DNA from: a virus
Strand: one strand, 5' to 3'
Virus record (IMG/VR): IMGVR_UViG_3300033146_001759
Span: 8,958-72,957 of that record
DNA: 64,000 nt
Shown: positions 22,081-31,779 of the stretch, piece by piece
Layout: every line of letters starts with the position of its first letter
How positions within the stretch are numbered: position 1 is the first letter of the stretch
Position numbers and translations under genes: made by a program
Notes under the pieces: generated by a model
What the model was told of the DNA's origin: nothing
Seen by the model: the letters and a program-made list of their open reading frames with translations, nothing else
Databases searched by the model: none

Positions 22081-23022
22081 CTATATCCAATCACTAGGAA
22101 TAGAAGACCAATTTGTTATATTACTAATACCACCTGGCTCACATTCGGTAAAACATTCTTCATGATTACTCACATTTGGCCAAAATATTGAATTCCAAAA
22201 TTCTGGAACATCACCATTTAAATTATCACAAAACCTAAATATTTGATGAAAATTATTTATATTCGTATTATTTGAAAATAATGTACTTGATATTGTTGTT
22301 AAATTACGACAATTATTAAACATACTATCTACATTTTCTAAATTATTATAGTATTTAAATAAATCTTGTGGTATTGTTAATATACCACTTGAACTAAATA
22401 TCGCAAACATATTCGTTATATTTGATAACCCTTTAAATGCTGTTGAATCAACACTAATTAATTCTGAACAATCTTGAAAACATTGTTTAATATCTGTCAA
22501 TAAAGTACAACCTTTAAATAAATCTGCTGGAATACTTGTTATTTTTGTACTAGCAAATCCCTTATCATAATAACCAAATGATTCAGATGCATCATCAATA
22601 TATTTAAAACTACTATTTGGATTATTTGGTGGTAACTCATTTAATGCCGATTCAGTAAAATTTATATATTTTAATTTTGATACATTTGGGTATCCAAAAG
22701 ATATAACTTTTCTTATTTTATTATCATTATATCCAAATTTTAGTGCTTCCCATTTACCTCTAATACTTACTCTTTTTATTCCAAAAATTATATATGTATG
22801 ACCAATACTATTATTTGAACCTATTTGATTAATATATTCACTTGAACCATCACCCCAATCAATTATCGCATCAAACTCATATCCATTTAATAATAACATA
22901 GATAACTCTAAATCATTTGATGGGATTTCAAATTCCAACTCAATTTTAAAATCATCTTTTGTTAGAAAAGCACCACCAAGACCAACGAACCCACTACCTA
23001 TTTTTAATCTACTAAAAATCAT
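22081..23022 (-). CDS. PKD-like (IDWGDG) plus BspA-type leucine-rich repeat protein, likely on the virion surface
   Basis: IIDWGDG..HTY; IPADLFKGC, IPQDLFKY and F..C..L repeats; lies between portal and protease genes. Confidence 0.75.
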   Translation of the reverse strand: MIFSRLKIGSGFVGLGGAFLTKDDFKIELEFEIPSNDLELSMLLLNGYEFDAIIDWGDGSSEYINQIGSNNSIGHTYIIFGIKRVSIRGKWEALKFGYNDNKIRKVISFGYPNVSKLKYINFTESALNELPPNNPNSSFKYIDDASESFGYYDKGFASTKITSIPADLFKGCTLLTDIKQCFQDCSELISVDSTAFKGLSNITNMFAIFSSSGILTIPQDLFKYYNNLENVDSMFNNCRNLTTISSTLFSNNTNINNFHQIFRFCDNLNGDVPEFWNSIFWPNVSNHEECFTECEPGGISNITNWSSIPSDWI

Positions 23023-23109
23023 ATTCTCTGTTTTTTATGTATATAAAAAAAAGTAAAAAAAAAAAGTAACACAATAAGTATTACTTTTTTTTTATTTTTT
23101 TTTAATTTA

Positions 23110-24852
23110 CTAAAAATCCAAACCAGCATCATCTCCACCAGCATCATCTCCACCAGAACCATCTCCACCAGCATCATCTCCACCAGCATCATCTCCACCG
23201 AAATCATCTCCACCGAAATCATCTCCACCGAAATCATCTCCACCGAAATCATCTCCACCAGAACCATCTCCACCAGAACCATCTCCACCAGAACCATCTC
23301 CACCAGAACCATCTCCACTAGAACTATCACCAAGCTTATATTTATTATTTTCAGCAATATCATCATCACTCAATTTCATAATATTTCTAACTAACCATTC
23401 TACATGAAACCAAGAATTTCCTTCTGAATCAACCAAATTAGATGATAATGTAGAAACAATCTCTGCACGTTTTGCTAAATTATTTAAATATTTCCACTCT
23501 TCAAATAAAGCATTACTATTAAAGACTAATCTATATTTTGAATGAAATAAATTATCATCTTTTAATTCTGGAAAATCTAAAATCATTTGAATTTTATGTG
23601 GTTTAACTAATATTTCTTTATATATTGTTTGTAATCTTTTAATATAATTACCAAATTTTATTTCATCTCTTGTAATTTCTGTTGAGTCATTATATATATT
23701 ACCACCACCACTATCTTCATCAAATCTTGAAAATGGTAATTTACTTGCTCTTTTTAATATTTTATAGAACCATTGTAACATAGTATCTTCATTTAAATCT
23801 GTTCCTTGTGCTGCCATTATTTCAATATCTGGTGTTCCTAAATCAGAATTAGGAAACCAAAAATCTTTTGAATGTGGAATATCAGTTGCACCATTAATAG
23901 ATACTGTACCCATAGTATCATCCCATTGAACATCTTCATGATATTCAGACATCAACTCATAAATTTGTTGTTCTGCTTGTTGTCTTGTTAAACCATTTGT
24001 TGGTATTATGAATTTCTTATATATTGCAGCTTGATTAATATTATATAATAACCTAGTTTGTTCTAACATCTTTAATTGATTATATGGTCTAATTAAATTT
24101 TCAACATAACTCGTTTCAGCATAGTCATTATTATTAGAATATGATATGTACACAATCTGTGAATCTAATAAAACTCTTCTTTGTTGTGGGTTATCTGGAT
24201 ATTGAACCCATACAATAGTAGATGTACCAGGGTCATTTGCAACAACAATAGTCATTGGGTCAATTGGACTCAATTCAATAATATTTTTTTGCTTATTATC
24301 ATAAACTATTTCATATGCAATAAATCCATCAATCAAAAAGTTTTTAAAATAATTCCATGCAGTTAATCCATCAGCAAATCCAAAATTTCTATATAATGTT
24401 TTAAATGATTCTTGGTATCTTTGTTTAATAGTATTATCAAACTCGTCTGGTAAATCAACTAAACTACAAAAATAATTATTATCATCATATATTATTGTTT
24501 CATCTGCAATTTGCGTTAAAAAATCTTTAATTTCGTCTTTAATAGCATATTGTCTAAGTATTTTTCTTTTATCTTCATATGCTCTATCTAAATATGCTAT
24601 GGATTTTCTATTTAATACTTTTGATAGTATTTTTTTAGTAAATATATCATAGGTTGATGTACCCCCAATTTCTCCATCTGGATCTTCATGTATTCCTTGT
24701 GAATATGTATTTTTAATAATTAAATTATCATAATCCATTCCCCAATTTGATAAATTTCTAAGTTGTTTATTAAAAAACCCTCTATTCTCAACACTTGATT
24801 GTAATGATGATTGATTTTCTTTATTATTATTATATCTATTATATGATGCCAT
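23110..24852 (-). CDS. portal protein (T4 gp20-like)
   Basis: FLIDG, PYNQLKMLE, KDFWFP, ASKLPFSRF and ITRDEIKFGNYIKRLQ. Confidence 0.93.
   Translation of the reverse strand: MASYNRYNNNKENQSSLQSSVENRGFFNKQLRNLSNWGMDYDNLIIKNTYSQGIHEDPDGEIGGTSTYDIFTKKILSKVLNRKSIAYLDRAYEDKRKILRQYAIKDEIKDFLTQIADETIIYDDNNYFCSLVDLPDEFDNTIKQRYQESFKTLYRNFGFADGLTAWNYFKNFLIDGFIAYEIVYDNKQKNIIELSPIDPMTIVVANDPGTSTIVWVQYPDNPQQRRVLLDSQIVYISYSNNNDYAETSYVENLIRPYNQLKMLEQTRLLYNINQAAIYKKFIIPTNGLTRQQAEQQIYELMSEYHEDVQWDDTMGTVSINGATDIPHSKDFWFPNSDLGTPDIEIMAAQGTDLNEDTMLQWFYKILKRASKLPFSRFDEDSGGGNIYNDSTEITRDEIKFGNYIKRLQTIYKEILVKPHKIQMILDFPELKDDNLFHSKYRLVFNSNALFEEWKYLNNLAKRAEIVSTLSSNLVDSEGNSWFHVEWLVRNIMKLSDDDIAENNKYKLGDSSSGDGSGGDGSGGDGSGGDGSGGDDFGGDDFGGDDFGGDDFGGDDAGGDDAGGDGSGGDDAGGDDAGLDF
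23122..23318 (-). repeat. 15-nt tandem repeats encoding the GGD(D/G)(S/F/A) tail of the portal
   Basis: atctccacc(a/g)... units, about 13 copies. Confidence 0.92.
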
Positions 24853-24908
24853 AATTTAAATTAATTTATTTCAATATATATTAATTACTAATAGTCTAAA
24901 AAAATAAA

Positions 24909-25625
24909 TTAAAATTTAATCAATTTTAATGATTTTTCAAAATTCGCAACTTGTTTATGATAACCAATAGAATCTTCTTGATATTTATCCACCAATTCAT
25001 CAAATTCTTCTATTATTTCTTTTAAATGAGATTTTTCATCTGAACTAGGTAAATTAATAAATAATTCTTTCATTGATTTAGAATTATACCTCTTTGGATC
25101 ACACATTATAATTTCTGGAGCTATTTTAATAGATATTAAATATGAATCAACGATTTTTTCATAATCATATGCAGTTAATGCATAATTCATATTACCATTT
25201 GATTTTAATGTTTTATAAATATATTCGAATGATAATGGTAATGTTCTTTCTTCAACCAATTTATTTGCTTCTGATATTTTTTCTAATTGTGTACTAATTT
25301 TTGAAAATAATAAATTAAAATATTTTATTTTATATCTTGGAGGTAAATATTCTAAGTTTATTGCATATAATATATTTTTATTATTATGTACCTTATAATC
25401 CAACGCAAGAATAGGACACCATATTTTATTCCCATTATAATTATATCTTATCAAATAAAAATGATTTGGTATAACCCTATTTAAAGACACATTTTCTATT
25501 TCTGTAAAATTTGGTGATCTCTTTAATTCAAATAATTTATTTGTTTTATCATATATAAATTTTTGCATTGAACCACTTTCTAACCCCAAAGAACCATACA
25601 AATAATTCTCAAAATCATTATACAT
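24909..25625 (-). CDS. DNA end-protector (gp2)-like protein
   Basis: AINLEYLPP resembles the gp2 NLHYLP motif; adjacent to the gp4-like gene as in T4-like phages. Confidence 0.6.
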   Translation of the reverse strand: MYNDFENYLYGSLGLESGSMQKFIYDKTNKLFELKRSPNFTEIENVSLNRVIPNHFYLIRYNYNGNKIWCPILALDYKVHNNKNILYAINLEYLPPRYKIKYFNLLFSKISTQLEKISEANKLVEERTLPLSFEYIYKTLKSNGNMNYALTAYDYEKIVDSYLISIKIAPEIIMCDPKRYNSKSMKELFINLPSSDEKSHLKEIIEEFDELVDKYQEDSIGYHKQVANFEKSLKLIKF

Positions 25626-26149
25626 TATAAAATTTTATTTTCTTTTAAGTGCCCCTCGTGTATTATTCTAAATTTCATTTGGTGGGCAATACACCATTTT
25701 TTTGCTGCATCCCATTTCAATAAGTTTTTTTGAAAAGTCTTTAATTGATATTCATAAGTTTCTACTGATTTAACTGTAAATTTTTTTGGTGCTGTTGGAT
25801 ATTGTGTTTCTTTATATGGCTTTATTTCAGCAACTATTCTTTCAAAATTATTAGGATCATTATTTACCATAATCTCATAATATAAATCTGGATAATATCT
25901 ATGTGATTTACTTATACCATTTTTATCTGCTTCATAATATATTATACTTAATGTTTCTGACCCCCATCTTAATATTTTATTGTTTCTATCTAAAAACATA
26001 AATGTTTTTAATTCCCATCCACTACGATATATACATTTTTGTGGATCTCCCATATATTTTTGTGGATTTATTAATGTATAAAATCCTTGATGATAACGTT
26101 TTTTACCATTTCTTTTCCTATTACTACTCGGTTTTCTTGTATTTCCCAT
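25625..26149 (-). CDS. head completion nuclease (gp4, TnsA-like)
   Basis: NPQKYMGD, YRSGWE, WGSE, HRYYPD, EIKP and KWDAAKKWC. Confidence 0.9.
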   Translation of the reverse strand: MGNTRKPSSNRKRNGKKRYHQGFYTLINPQKYMGDPQKCIYRSGWELKTFMFLDRNNKILRWGSETLSIIYYEADKNGISKSHRYYPDLYYEIMVNNDPNNFERIVAEIKPYKETQYPTAPKKFTVKSVETYEYQLKTFQKNLLKWDAAKKWCIAHQMKFRIIHEGHLKENKIL

Positions 26150-26162
26150 AACTTATATATAT

Positions 26163-26197
26163 AAAAAAAAAGAGTAAAATAATTTACTCTTTTTTTT
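26163..26197. terminator. terminator-like hairpin
   Basis: A-run, AGAGTAAA/TTTACTCT stem and T-run. Confidence 0.65.
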
Positions 26198-26573
26198 AAA
26201 AATTATGCAACCCATTACCATCATTACTTGAATCCAATGAAACAAACTTAATATAATTTTTTTGGTGTGATCTTCGTCCTCTTAATTCATTAAATTGATA
26301 TGTCATTCCTCGTTTAGCTATTTCAGTATAATATGGTAATGCTGTTTTATATTTTTTTTCATCAAAACCATACCAATGTTCAAACATAACTAATAAACCA
26401 TATTGTTCACAATCTTTTTCTTCATCAATGTTTTTAAATCTATATGAAAATCTCCTAATTAATTTAGATGCTATTAAAGTTAAATATTTTTCTGCTTTTC
26501 TAGTCAGTTTCCCCTTACCCTTTGAAACAACCATTTCATAAAATAATTCAGAATCTGTTAAATAATTCGCCAT
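26196..26573 (-). CDS. late transcription sigma factor (gp55-like)
   Basis: NYLTDSELF..M, FDEKKYKTALPYYTEIAKR pattern; small size; sits beside head genes. Confidence 0.7.
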   Translation of the reverse strand: MANYLTDSELFYEMVVSKGKGKLTRKAEKYLTLIASKLIRRFSYRFKNIDEEKDCEQYGLLVMFEHWYGFDEKKYKTALPYYTEIAKRGMTYQFNELRGRRSHQKNYIKFVSLDSSNDGNGLHNF

Positions 26574-26714
26574 AAATTGGTTAAATACATTATTTTTTGT
26601 AGTATTAAATACTAGTTATTAATGCCTTTAATCTATTTTCTTTAATTCAATTGCCTTTAATTATTATAAATGTAAAATTAATTACAAGATATATACCCAT
26701 TTAAAAAATAAAGT

Positions 26715-26972
26715 TTATTTTTTATGTATTTCTAATATTTCTTCAACAAAATTTAACATTTCGTTAATAGTATATATAATTTCTTGTTCATATTTAATAT
26801 GTATCAACACTATTGGTAAAAATAAAAAACTCAACAAATATATTATAAAATTATGAACATAATATGCTGGTGTAATTAAAAATCTTCCAATTGGTGTTAA
26901 ATCTTGTAATGAATCATCACTAATATAATTATTTAGTATAAATAACATAAATATTGCTATTTGTTTTTTCAT
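26715..26972 (-). CDS. hypothetical membrane protein
   Basis: Hydrophobic 85 aa ORF. Confidence 0.55.
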   Translation of the reverse strand: MKKQIAIFMLFILNNYISDDSLQDLTPIGRFLITPAYYVHNFIIYLLSFLFLPIVLIHIKYEQEIIYTINEMLNFVEEILEIHKK

Positions 26973-27012
26973 AAATCTTTTTATTTTTTATATACTATTT
27001 TTATATGAAAGT

Positions 27013-27522
27013 TTATTTTTTATTATTCCAAATATAATAAGTATTATATTTATTATCATATTTAAATCCAGTAACTCCACTTATTATATCTATTATTGAT
27101 TTTTCAGGAAGTTGACCATTAAAAACATCTCTTAATTCATCTTTATTTATAAATGATGATGGATTCATCACATTACCAAACACATCAATAGTATTTGGTA
27201 ATGAATTATAAAATTCACCAATAGAATAATCTACTGTATTTTTTATTATTGTCTGTAAATCAGCTTCATCAAAAATCATAACATCATAACTAATTCTATT
27301 ATTATTTAACACATCTCCAGTCATATCATTAACTCTAAATATATGTTTTGTTTTATCTGTTAAATCTATATATTCCATATATGTTTTATAATATGCAACC
27401 AACACAGACTTTAATGTATTATTTGATATTTTTGACACTTCATCTAACAATTCATCTAATTTCATTATTGGTAATTTCATTTCATTGATTACATCAAACT
27501 CTGAGAACTTTATTATTTTCAT
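27013..27522 (-). CDS. hypothetical protein with CTS-like N-terminus
   Basis: Starts MKIIKFSEFDVINE. Confidence 0.7.
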   Translation of the reverse strand: MKIIKFSEFDVINEMKLPIMKLDELLDEVSKISNNTLKSVLVAYYKTYMEYIDLTDKTKHIFRVNDMTGDVLNNNRISYDVMIFDEADLQTIIKNTVDYSIGEFYNSLPNTIDVFGNVMNPSSFINKDELRDVFNGQLPEKSIIDIISGVTGFKYDNKYNTYYIWNNKK

Positions 27523-27641
27523 TTTATTTCATTGTTTTTTTTTATTCATTCATAAACATATCAAATATTTTATTAATAAATTGTTTTGGTTCTAATACCT
27601 CTTCTTCATCAAAGACAAACCCATCTATTTCTAACATATTC

Positions 27642-28163
27642 TTATGTTCCATATTTATATTTAATTTCAACAACCCCTATTGTTACTACCGTTGTTACAT
27701 CTTTTCCAATAAACTCAATATCACCAAGTATATTATTCTCATTTATTTTATTATACTTTTCAAATGTTATTATTTCTCTTTCCATTATTTTATTATTTTT
27801 TTTATCCTTTTCTAATGCAATTCTATCTTTAATTATTTTATTAAAGATATTTTTTATTAAAGAATGATATTTTTCTTCTATTTCATTATCATCAATATCT
27901 TTATATTCTTTTTTAAATAATTGAAATCCAGGAAATCTCATATCTTTAATCAATAACTTAATATTTTTCTTTTTATTATATAACTTTTTAGCATCTTTCA
28001 ATGTTGGTTTTTTATCATCAAAATATTGTTCAAAATCAGCTTTCGTTAATACTTCCCTAGCGTGTCGTGTACCAAATGTTTTTCCATCCAAAAATTGATC
28101 TAATATATCATTTATTGATTTATAAATCTGTTTCTCAATTTCATTTTTTATATTATAATTCAT
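27642..28163 (-). CDS. hypothetical protein
   Basis: 173 aa; internal IITFEKYNKINE motif. Confidence 0.6.
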   Translation of the reverse strand: MNYNIKNEIEKQIYKSINDILDQFLDGKTFGTRHAREVLTKADFEQYFDDKKPTLKDAKKLYNKKKNIKLLIKDMRFPGFQLFKKEYKDIDDNEIEEKYHSLIKNIFNKIIKDRIALEKDKKNNKIMEREIITFEKYNKINENNILGDIEFIGKDVTTVVTIGVVEIKYKYGT

Positions 28164-28202
28164 TTTTTATTTCATTACATTATTTTTATTATATATAAAT
28201 TA

Positions 28203-28967
28203 TTAATTATATATATTTGTAATATAATTAGTGACATCACCAAACATTATTATTTCCTTTTCAGTACCACCAATAACCATTTTTATATCTGAATACTTTA
28301 CTTCTATTTCAACAACTTCAGAATATTTAGCATAAATTGGACTCTGATACCCACCAGTAAATACATATTTAGAAAATCGTTTAGCTTCTTTTAACTCTGT
28401 TGTCCAACAACTAAATCCATTTTTTGGTTTATATTTATCTTTTAATCCTCTATATAATATTATTTTATCTGGTATATCACCACCATAAATATCCATTATA
28501 TTTTTATAATTCCATTTACCAAGATTCCTCATTTTTAATATTCTATTTAATATTCTTGGACTACACGTTTGTGAGTTAAAATGATCAACAGACATATCAT
28601 CTAATAAATCAAATGATTTTTCAACGTTGTTATTAGTAATTAAATATAAATCATAAGGTATTTTTTTTAATGGATATTTAACATTATCATTATCATCCTT
28701 ATATTTATATTTAATAACATCTTCAAAATTTTTATATGGAAAATATATAGAAAAATATTTTTCATACCCATCATCTATTTGATATGTATTATGTTTTTTA
28801 TTATACTTAACACAATCAAATTTTTCTAGTGATTCAACATATCCAACACCCATTCTAGTATCATTTTCCCACATAGATATTATCATTTCTCTATGTATAT
28901 ATAACATATATAACCAAGCAACATTATATATTGTAATATTATCATAATCTTCAAATTTTTTAATCAT
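28203..28967 (-). CDS. putative R-S-E type ADP-ribosyltransferase with CTS-like N-terminus
   Basis: IILYRGL, FSCWTT...AKRFS and TEKEII motifs; starts MIKKFE. Confidence 0.6.
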   Translation of the reverse strand: MIKKFEDYDNITIYNVAWLYMLYIHREMIISMWENDTRMGVGYVESLEKFDCVKYNKKHNTYQIDDGYEKYFSIYFPYKNFEDVIKYKYKDDNDNVKYPLKKIPYDLYLITNNNVEKSFDLLDDMSVDHFNSQTCSPRILNRILKMRNLGKWNYKNIMDIYGGDIPDKIILYRGLKDKYKPKNGFSCWTTELKEAKRFSKYVFTGGYQSPIYAKYSEVVEIEVKYSDIKMVIGGTEKEIIMFGDVTNYITNIYN

Positions 28968-28985
28968 ATTTATATATATATAAAT

Positions 28986-29020
28986 AAAAACCTCAAATAT
29001 TTAAAATTGAGGTTTTTTTT
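28986..29020. terminator. terminator hairpin
   Basis: AAAAACCTCAA...TTGAGGTTTTTTT. Confidence 0.7.
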
Positions 29021-29788
29021 CTATAATGATACTATCTTTTGTTTGAAATGAATATCATCAAAAACATCAGACCAAACATACCCAAACTGATTTGTTATAA
29101 TTTTAGTACCATTAATTTCACCATCAATATTTTCGTGTGTATGACCATATAACCAATAATCAATATCATTATCAAATATAAATGGATGCAACTCTACACA
29201 AAATGCATCATTAATAGCACTATGTTTATTAAACTCAGAAATAACCAATTTTGTTGGTGCATGATGTGTAACAACAAATATTTTTTCTTCTATATTTTCT
29301 AATACTGTTTTCTTTATATATTTATATGATTCTAAATGTATATTATTTAAATCATTTGGAGTAATATTATACTTACCATTTTTTATAAATGTATAATCTT
29401 TTACATTAGAACGAATACCGTATTCTTTATCTGGTGATATATGTGTCCACATAGTCGAAAAAATAAAATTAATACCCCCATAAATAATATTTTGATTATT
29501 TAATAATGTTATATTATCTCTTATTTTTTCATTAATATATGGTTTCATTATCAAATCTAATTTTTGAATACCATAATATTCGTGATTACCAGGGACCATA
29601 AATACTTGGTCAAATTTTTTGGATATATCATCAAAAAATTCATCTGCATAAAATAAATTAGAATATTTAGTCACATCCCCAGCTAAAATTAAAATATCTC
29701 CAATTTTCTCTATTGGGTTATTATGAAAATATTCTGAATTTAATGTTTTCTCCAAATGTAAATCTGATAAATATTGTATTTTCAACAT
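29021..29788 (-). CDS. calcineurin-like metallophosphoesterase
   Basis: SDLHLE, LAGD, PGNHEYY, VTHHAP and YGHTH. Confidence 0.92.
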   Translation of the reverse strand: MLKIQYLSDLHLEKTLNSEYFHNNPIEKIGDILILAGDVTKYSNLFYADEFFDDISKKFDQVFMVPGNHEYYGIQKLDLIMKPYINEKIRDNITLLNNQNIIYGGINFIFSTMWTHISPDKEYGIRSNVKDYTFIKNGKYNITPNDLNNIHLESYKYIKKTVLENIEEKIFVVTHHAPTKLVISEFNKHSAINDAFCVELHPFIFDNDIDYWLYGHTHENIDGEINGTKIITNQFGYVWSDVFDDIHFKQKIVSL

Positions 29789-29790
29789 AA

Positions 29791-30480
29791 TTATATATTT
29801 TTTATTAATAAATTATCCCCATTAACTTCTGCTAATAATTTTTCTTCACCAAATATTCCTTTGATTTTTTGTAACCACTCATTTGTTTTTATTTTTACCA
29901 TCCAAACATTCTCGATATTCTTTCTTTTAGTTAACATGATACCCTTCACAACAACACCTTCTTTAAGTCCATATACATTATTCTTAACATCTTCCACCAA
30001 AGACTTATTATATTGACCCTCAAATACTATTTCTGGAATACCTAAATGTTGAAATAAATTAATAAATTCTCTTGGTTTAATATACCCTTTTTGATAAACA
30101 TCAATATCAAATAAAGTCAATTGCATATTTCCTTTTTCTTCTGGATCATGCCAACCAGCAAATGAATTTTCACCATAAAACTCTGCAAACGATGTTATTT
30201 TTTTTGAATTTCTAAATTGCTTATTAGACCTAAAAATTTTATCTAACTCCATTGCATATTTATTCATAAATATATTCACACCCTCACCCCACTGTTCATC
30301 ACCAGGACCAATTATTTGATTTCGTGTTCCAAATTTAGTGAAACCATAATTATTATTTTTTTTAGAATCTTTTTGTGTCCAAGAAAAACGAAGATTGCTT
30401 CCATCAAGTTTATCAAATGCGAAAACATTTGTACCCATTACCCCTTTATTCCAATATGGTATTGTATGATATTGCTTCAT
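29791..30480 (-). CDS. ATP-dependent RNA ligase (Rnl2-like nucleotidyltransferase domain)
   Basis: DKLDGSN (I), EFYG (III), LFDI (IIIa), EGVVVK (IV), KIKT (V); promoter at 30497-30504. Confidence 0.8.
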   Translation of the reverse strand: MKQYHTIPYWNKGVMGTNVFAFDKLDGSNLRFSWTQKDSKKNNNYGFTKFGTRNQIIGPGDEQWGEGVNIFMNKYAMELDKIFRSNKQFRNSKKITSFAEFYGENSFAGWHDPEEKGNMQLTLFDIDVYQKGYIKPREFINLFQHLGIPEIVFEGQYNKSLVEDVKNNVYGLKEGVVVKGIMLTKRKNIENVWMVKIKTNEWLQKIKGIFGEEKLLAEVNGDNLLIKNI

Positions 30481-30523
30481 TATTTCTTATTTTTTGCAAA
30501 GATAACTAAAATTATCATATAAA

Positions 30524-30685
30524 TTACTCTTTAATATTATTATTAATCAGTTTTTCAATAAATACTGATTGATTATCTATATCATTTTCTTCACAATATT
30601 TTATCCATAGTTCATACACTTTTGGATCAATTGTAAATGATATTTTTTTCTTTTTGTTTTCTTCTTTTTTTCTTGGTCTTGCCAT
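30524..30685 (-). CDS. ribbon-helix-helix DNA-binding protein (not in the ORF track)
   Basis: Manual translation MARPRKKEENKKKKISFTIDPKVYELWIKYCEENDIDNQSVFIEKLINNNIKE. Confidence 0.7.
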   Translation of the reverse strand: MARPRKKEENKKKKISFTIDPKVYELWIKYCEENDIDNQSVFIEKLINNNIKE

Positions 30686-30779
30686 GATTTTATTTCTTTA
30701 TATACAAAAAATATGATTTTGTTTTTAGAAAAAAATGAGTTTTTATATTTAATATATAGTATAAAAATAAGATTATAAT

Positions 30780-30950
30780 ATGAGAAAAAATAAAAAATCA
30801 ATATCCATTACACTAACAAAAAAGTTATGTGACATAATGAATAAAACTGTAGAAAATAAATCAAAATATATTGAGTATTGTATAATTGAAGAATTATGTA
30901 AAAATACAGAATATAAAATAATACTAAAAAAAGAAAAAATAATATGGTAA
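30780..30950 (+). CDS. ribbon-helix-helix DNA-binding protein (not in the ORF track)
   Basis: Manual translation MRKNKKSISITLTKKLCDIMNKTVENKSKYIEYCIIEELC... Confidence 0.65.
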   Translation: MRKNKKSISITLTKKLCDIMNKTVENKSKYIEYCIIEELCKNTEYKIILKKEKIIW

Positions 30951-30951
30951 T

Positions 30952-31713
30952 ATGATTAAAGAAAAAATAATAAAAATTAAGATAAATAGCAGAACATTAA
31001 AACATTATTTAGAAAAAGGGTATAATGGGAAAATAAATGATAATATATTTGTTGATGTGTTGGATTTACCAAATGGTTCTCACACCATAATAACTGGGAT
31101 TTGTGATATTTGTGGCATGGAGAAAGAAATACAATATAAGACATATCTACGTAATTATAATAAATATAACATATATACTTGTCATAAATGTTGTATAATA
31201 AAGAAAGAAAAAACTAGTCTAGAAAATTATGGAGTTACACATGCATCAAAAAATAAGAATTTTCAAAAAAAGATGCAAGATTATAATTTAGAAAAATATG
31301 GGAAGAAATCATTTTTCCAAACAGATATATTTTTAAATAATAGTGGAATCACATTAAAACGGAAAGAAACAAGAATAAAGAATGGGTTTTCAATAGATGA
31401 TAAATATAAAACTGAATGGGAACTTTATAAAAATAAAATTAGAAATAAAACAAATAAAAATAAAAAAATATTAATAGAAAAATGGGATGGTTATGATTAT
31501 TATGATGGTGAATATATTAAAGATAATTTTAAAAAATATAAACCTCGTTCATCAAAATATCCATCATTTGATCATAAAATATCACTATATTATGGGTTTA
31601 TTAATAATATAGATGCTGATATAATTTCAGATATTTCTAATTTATGTATAACAAAAACAATAATTAATAATATTAAAAAGACAAGAACTGAGGATGAATA
31701 TTATAAAAAATAA
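30952..31713 (+). CDS. homing-endonuclease-like protein (Zn ribbon, YG repeats, HNH-like C-terminus)
   Basis: CDICG..CHKC, LENYGV/LEKYGK and FDHKIS...NLCIT....N. Confidence 0.65.
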   Translation: MIKEKIIKIKINSRTLKHYLEKGYNGKINDNIFVDVLDLPNGSHTIITGICDICGMEKEIQYKTYLRNYNKYNIYTCHKCCIIKKEKTSLENYGVTHASKNKNFQKKMQDYNLEKYGKKSFFQTDIFLNNSGITLKRKETRIKNGFSIDDKYKTEWELYKNKIRNKTNKNKKILIEKWDGYDYYDGEYIKDNFKKYKPRSSKYPSFDHKISLYYGFINNIDADIISDISNLCITKTIINNIKKTRTEDEYYKK

Positions 31714-31779
31714 TATATAATATTGTACTTATAAAAAAAAGTATTATCTTTGTATCACAATAATTTAAAAATTTGTTAT

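Noticed and set aside
23019-23369. ORF with VEMVL/VEMIS repeats
   Set aside because: Alternative-frame shadow of the portal 15-nt repeats.
30601-30801. 66-aa ORF from the track
   Set aside because: Wrong frame; the better ORF is the RHH-like 30524..30685.
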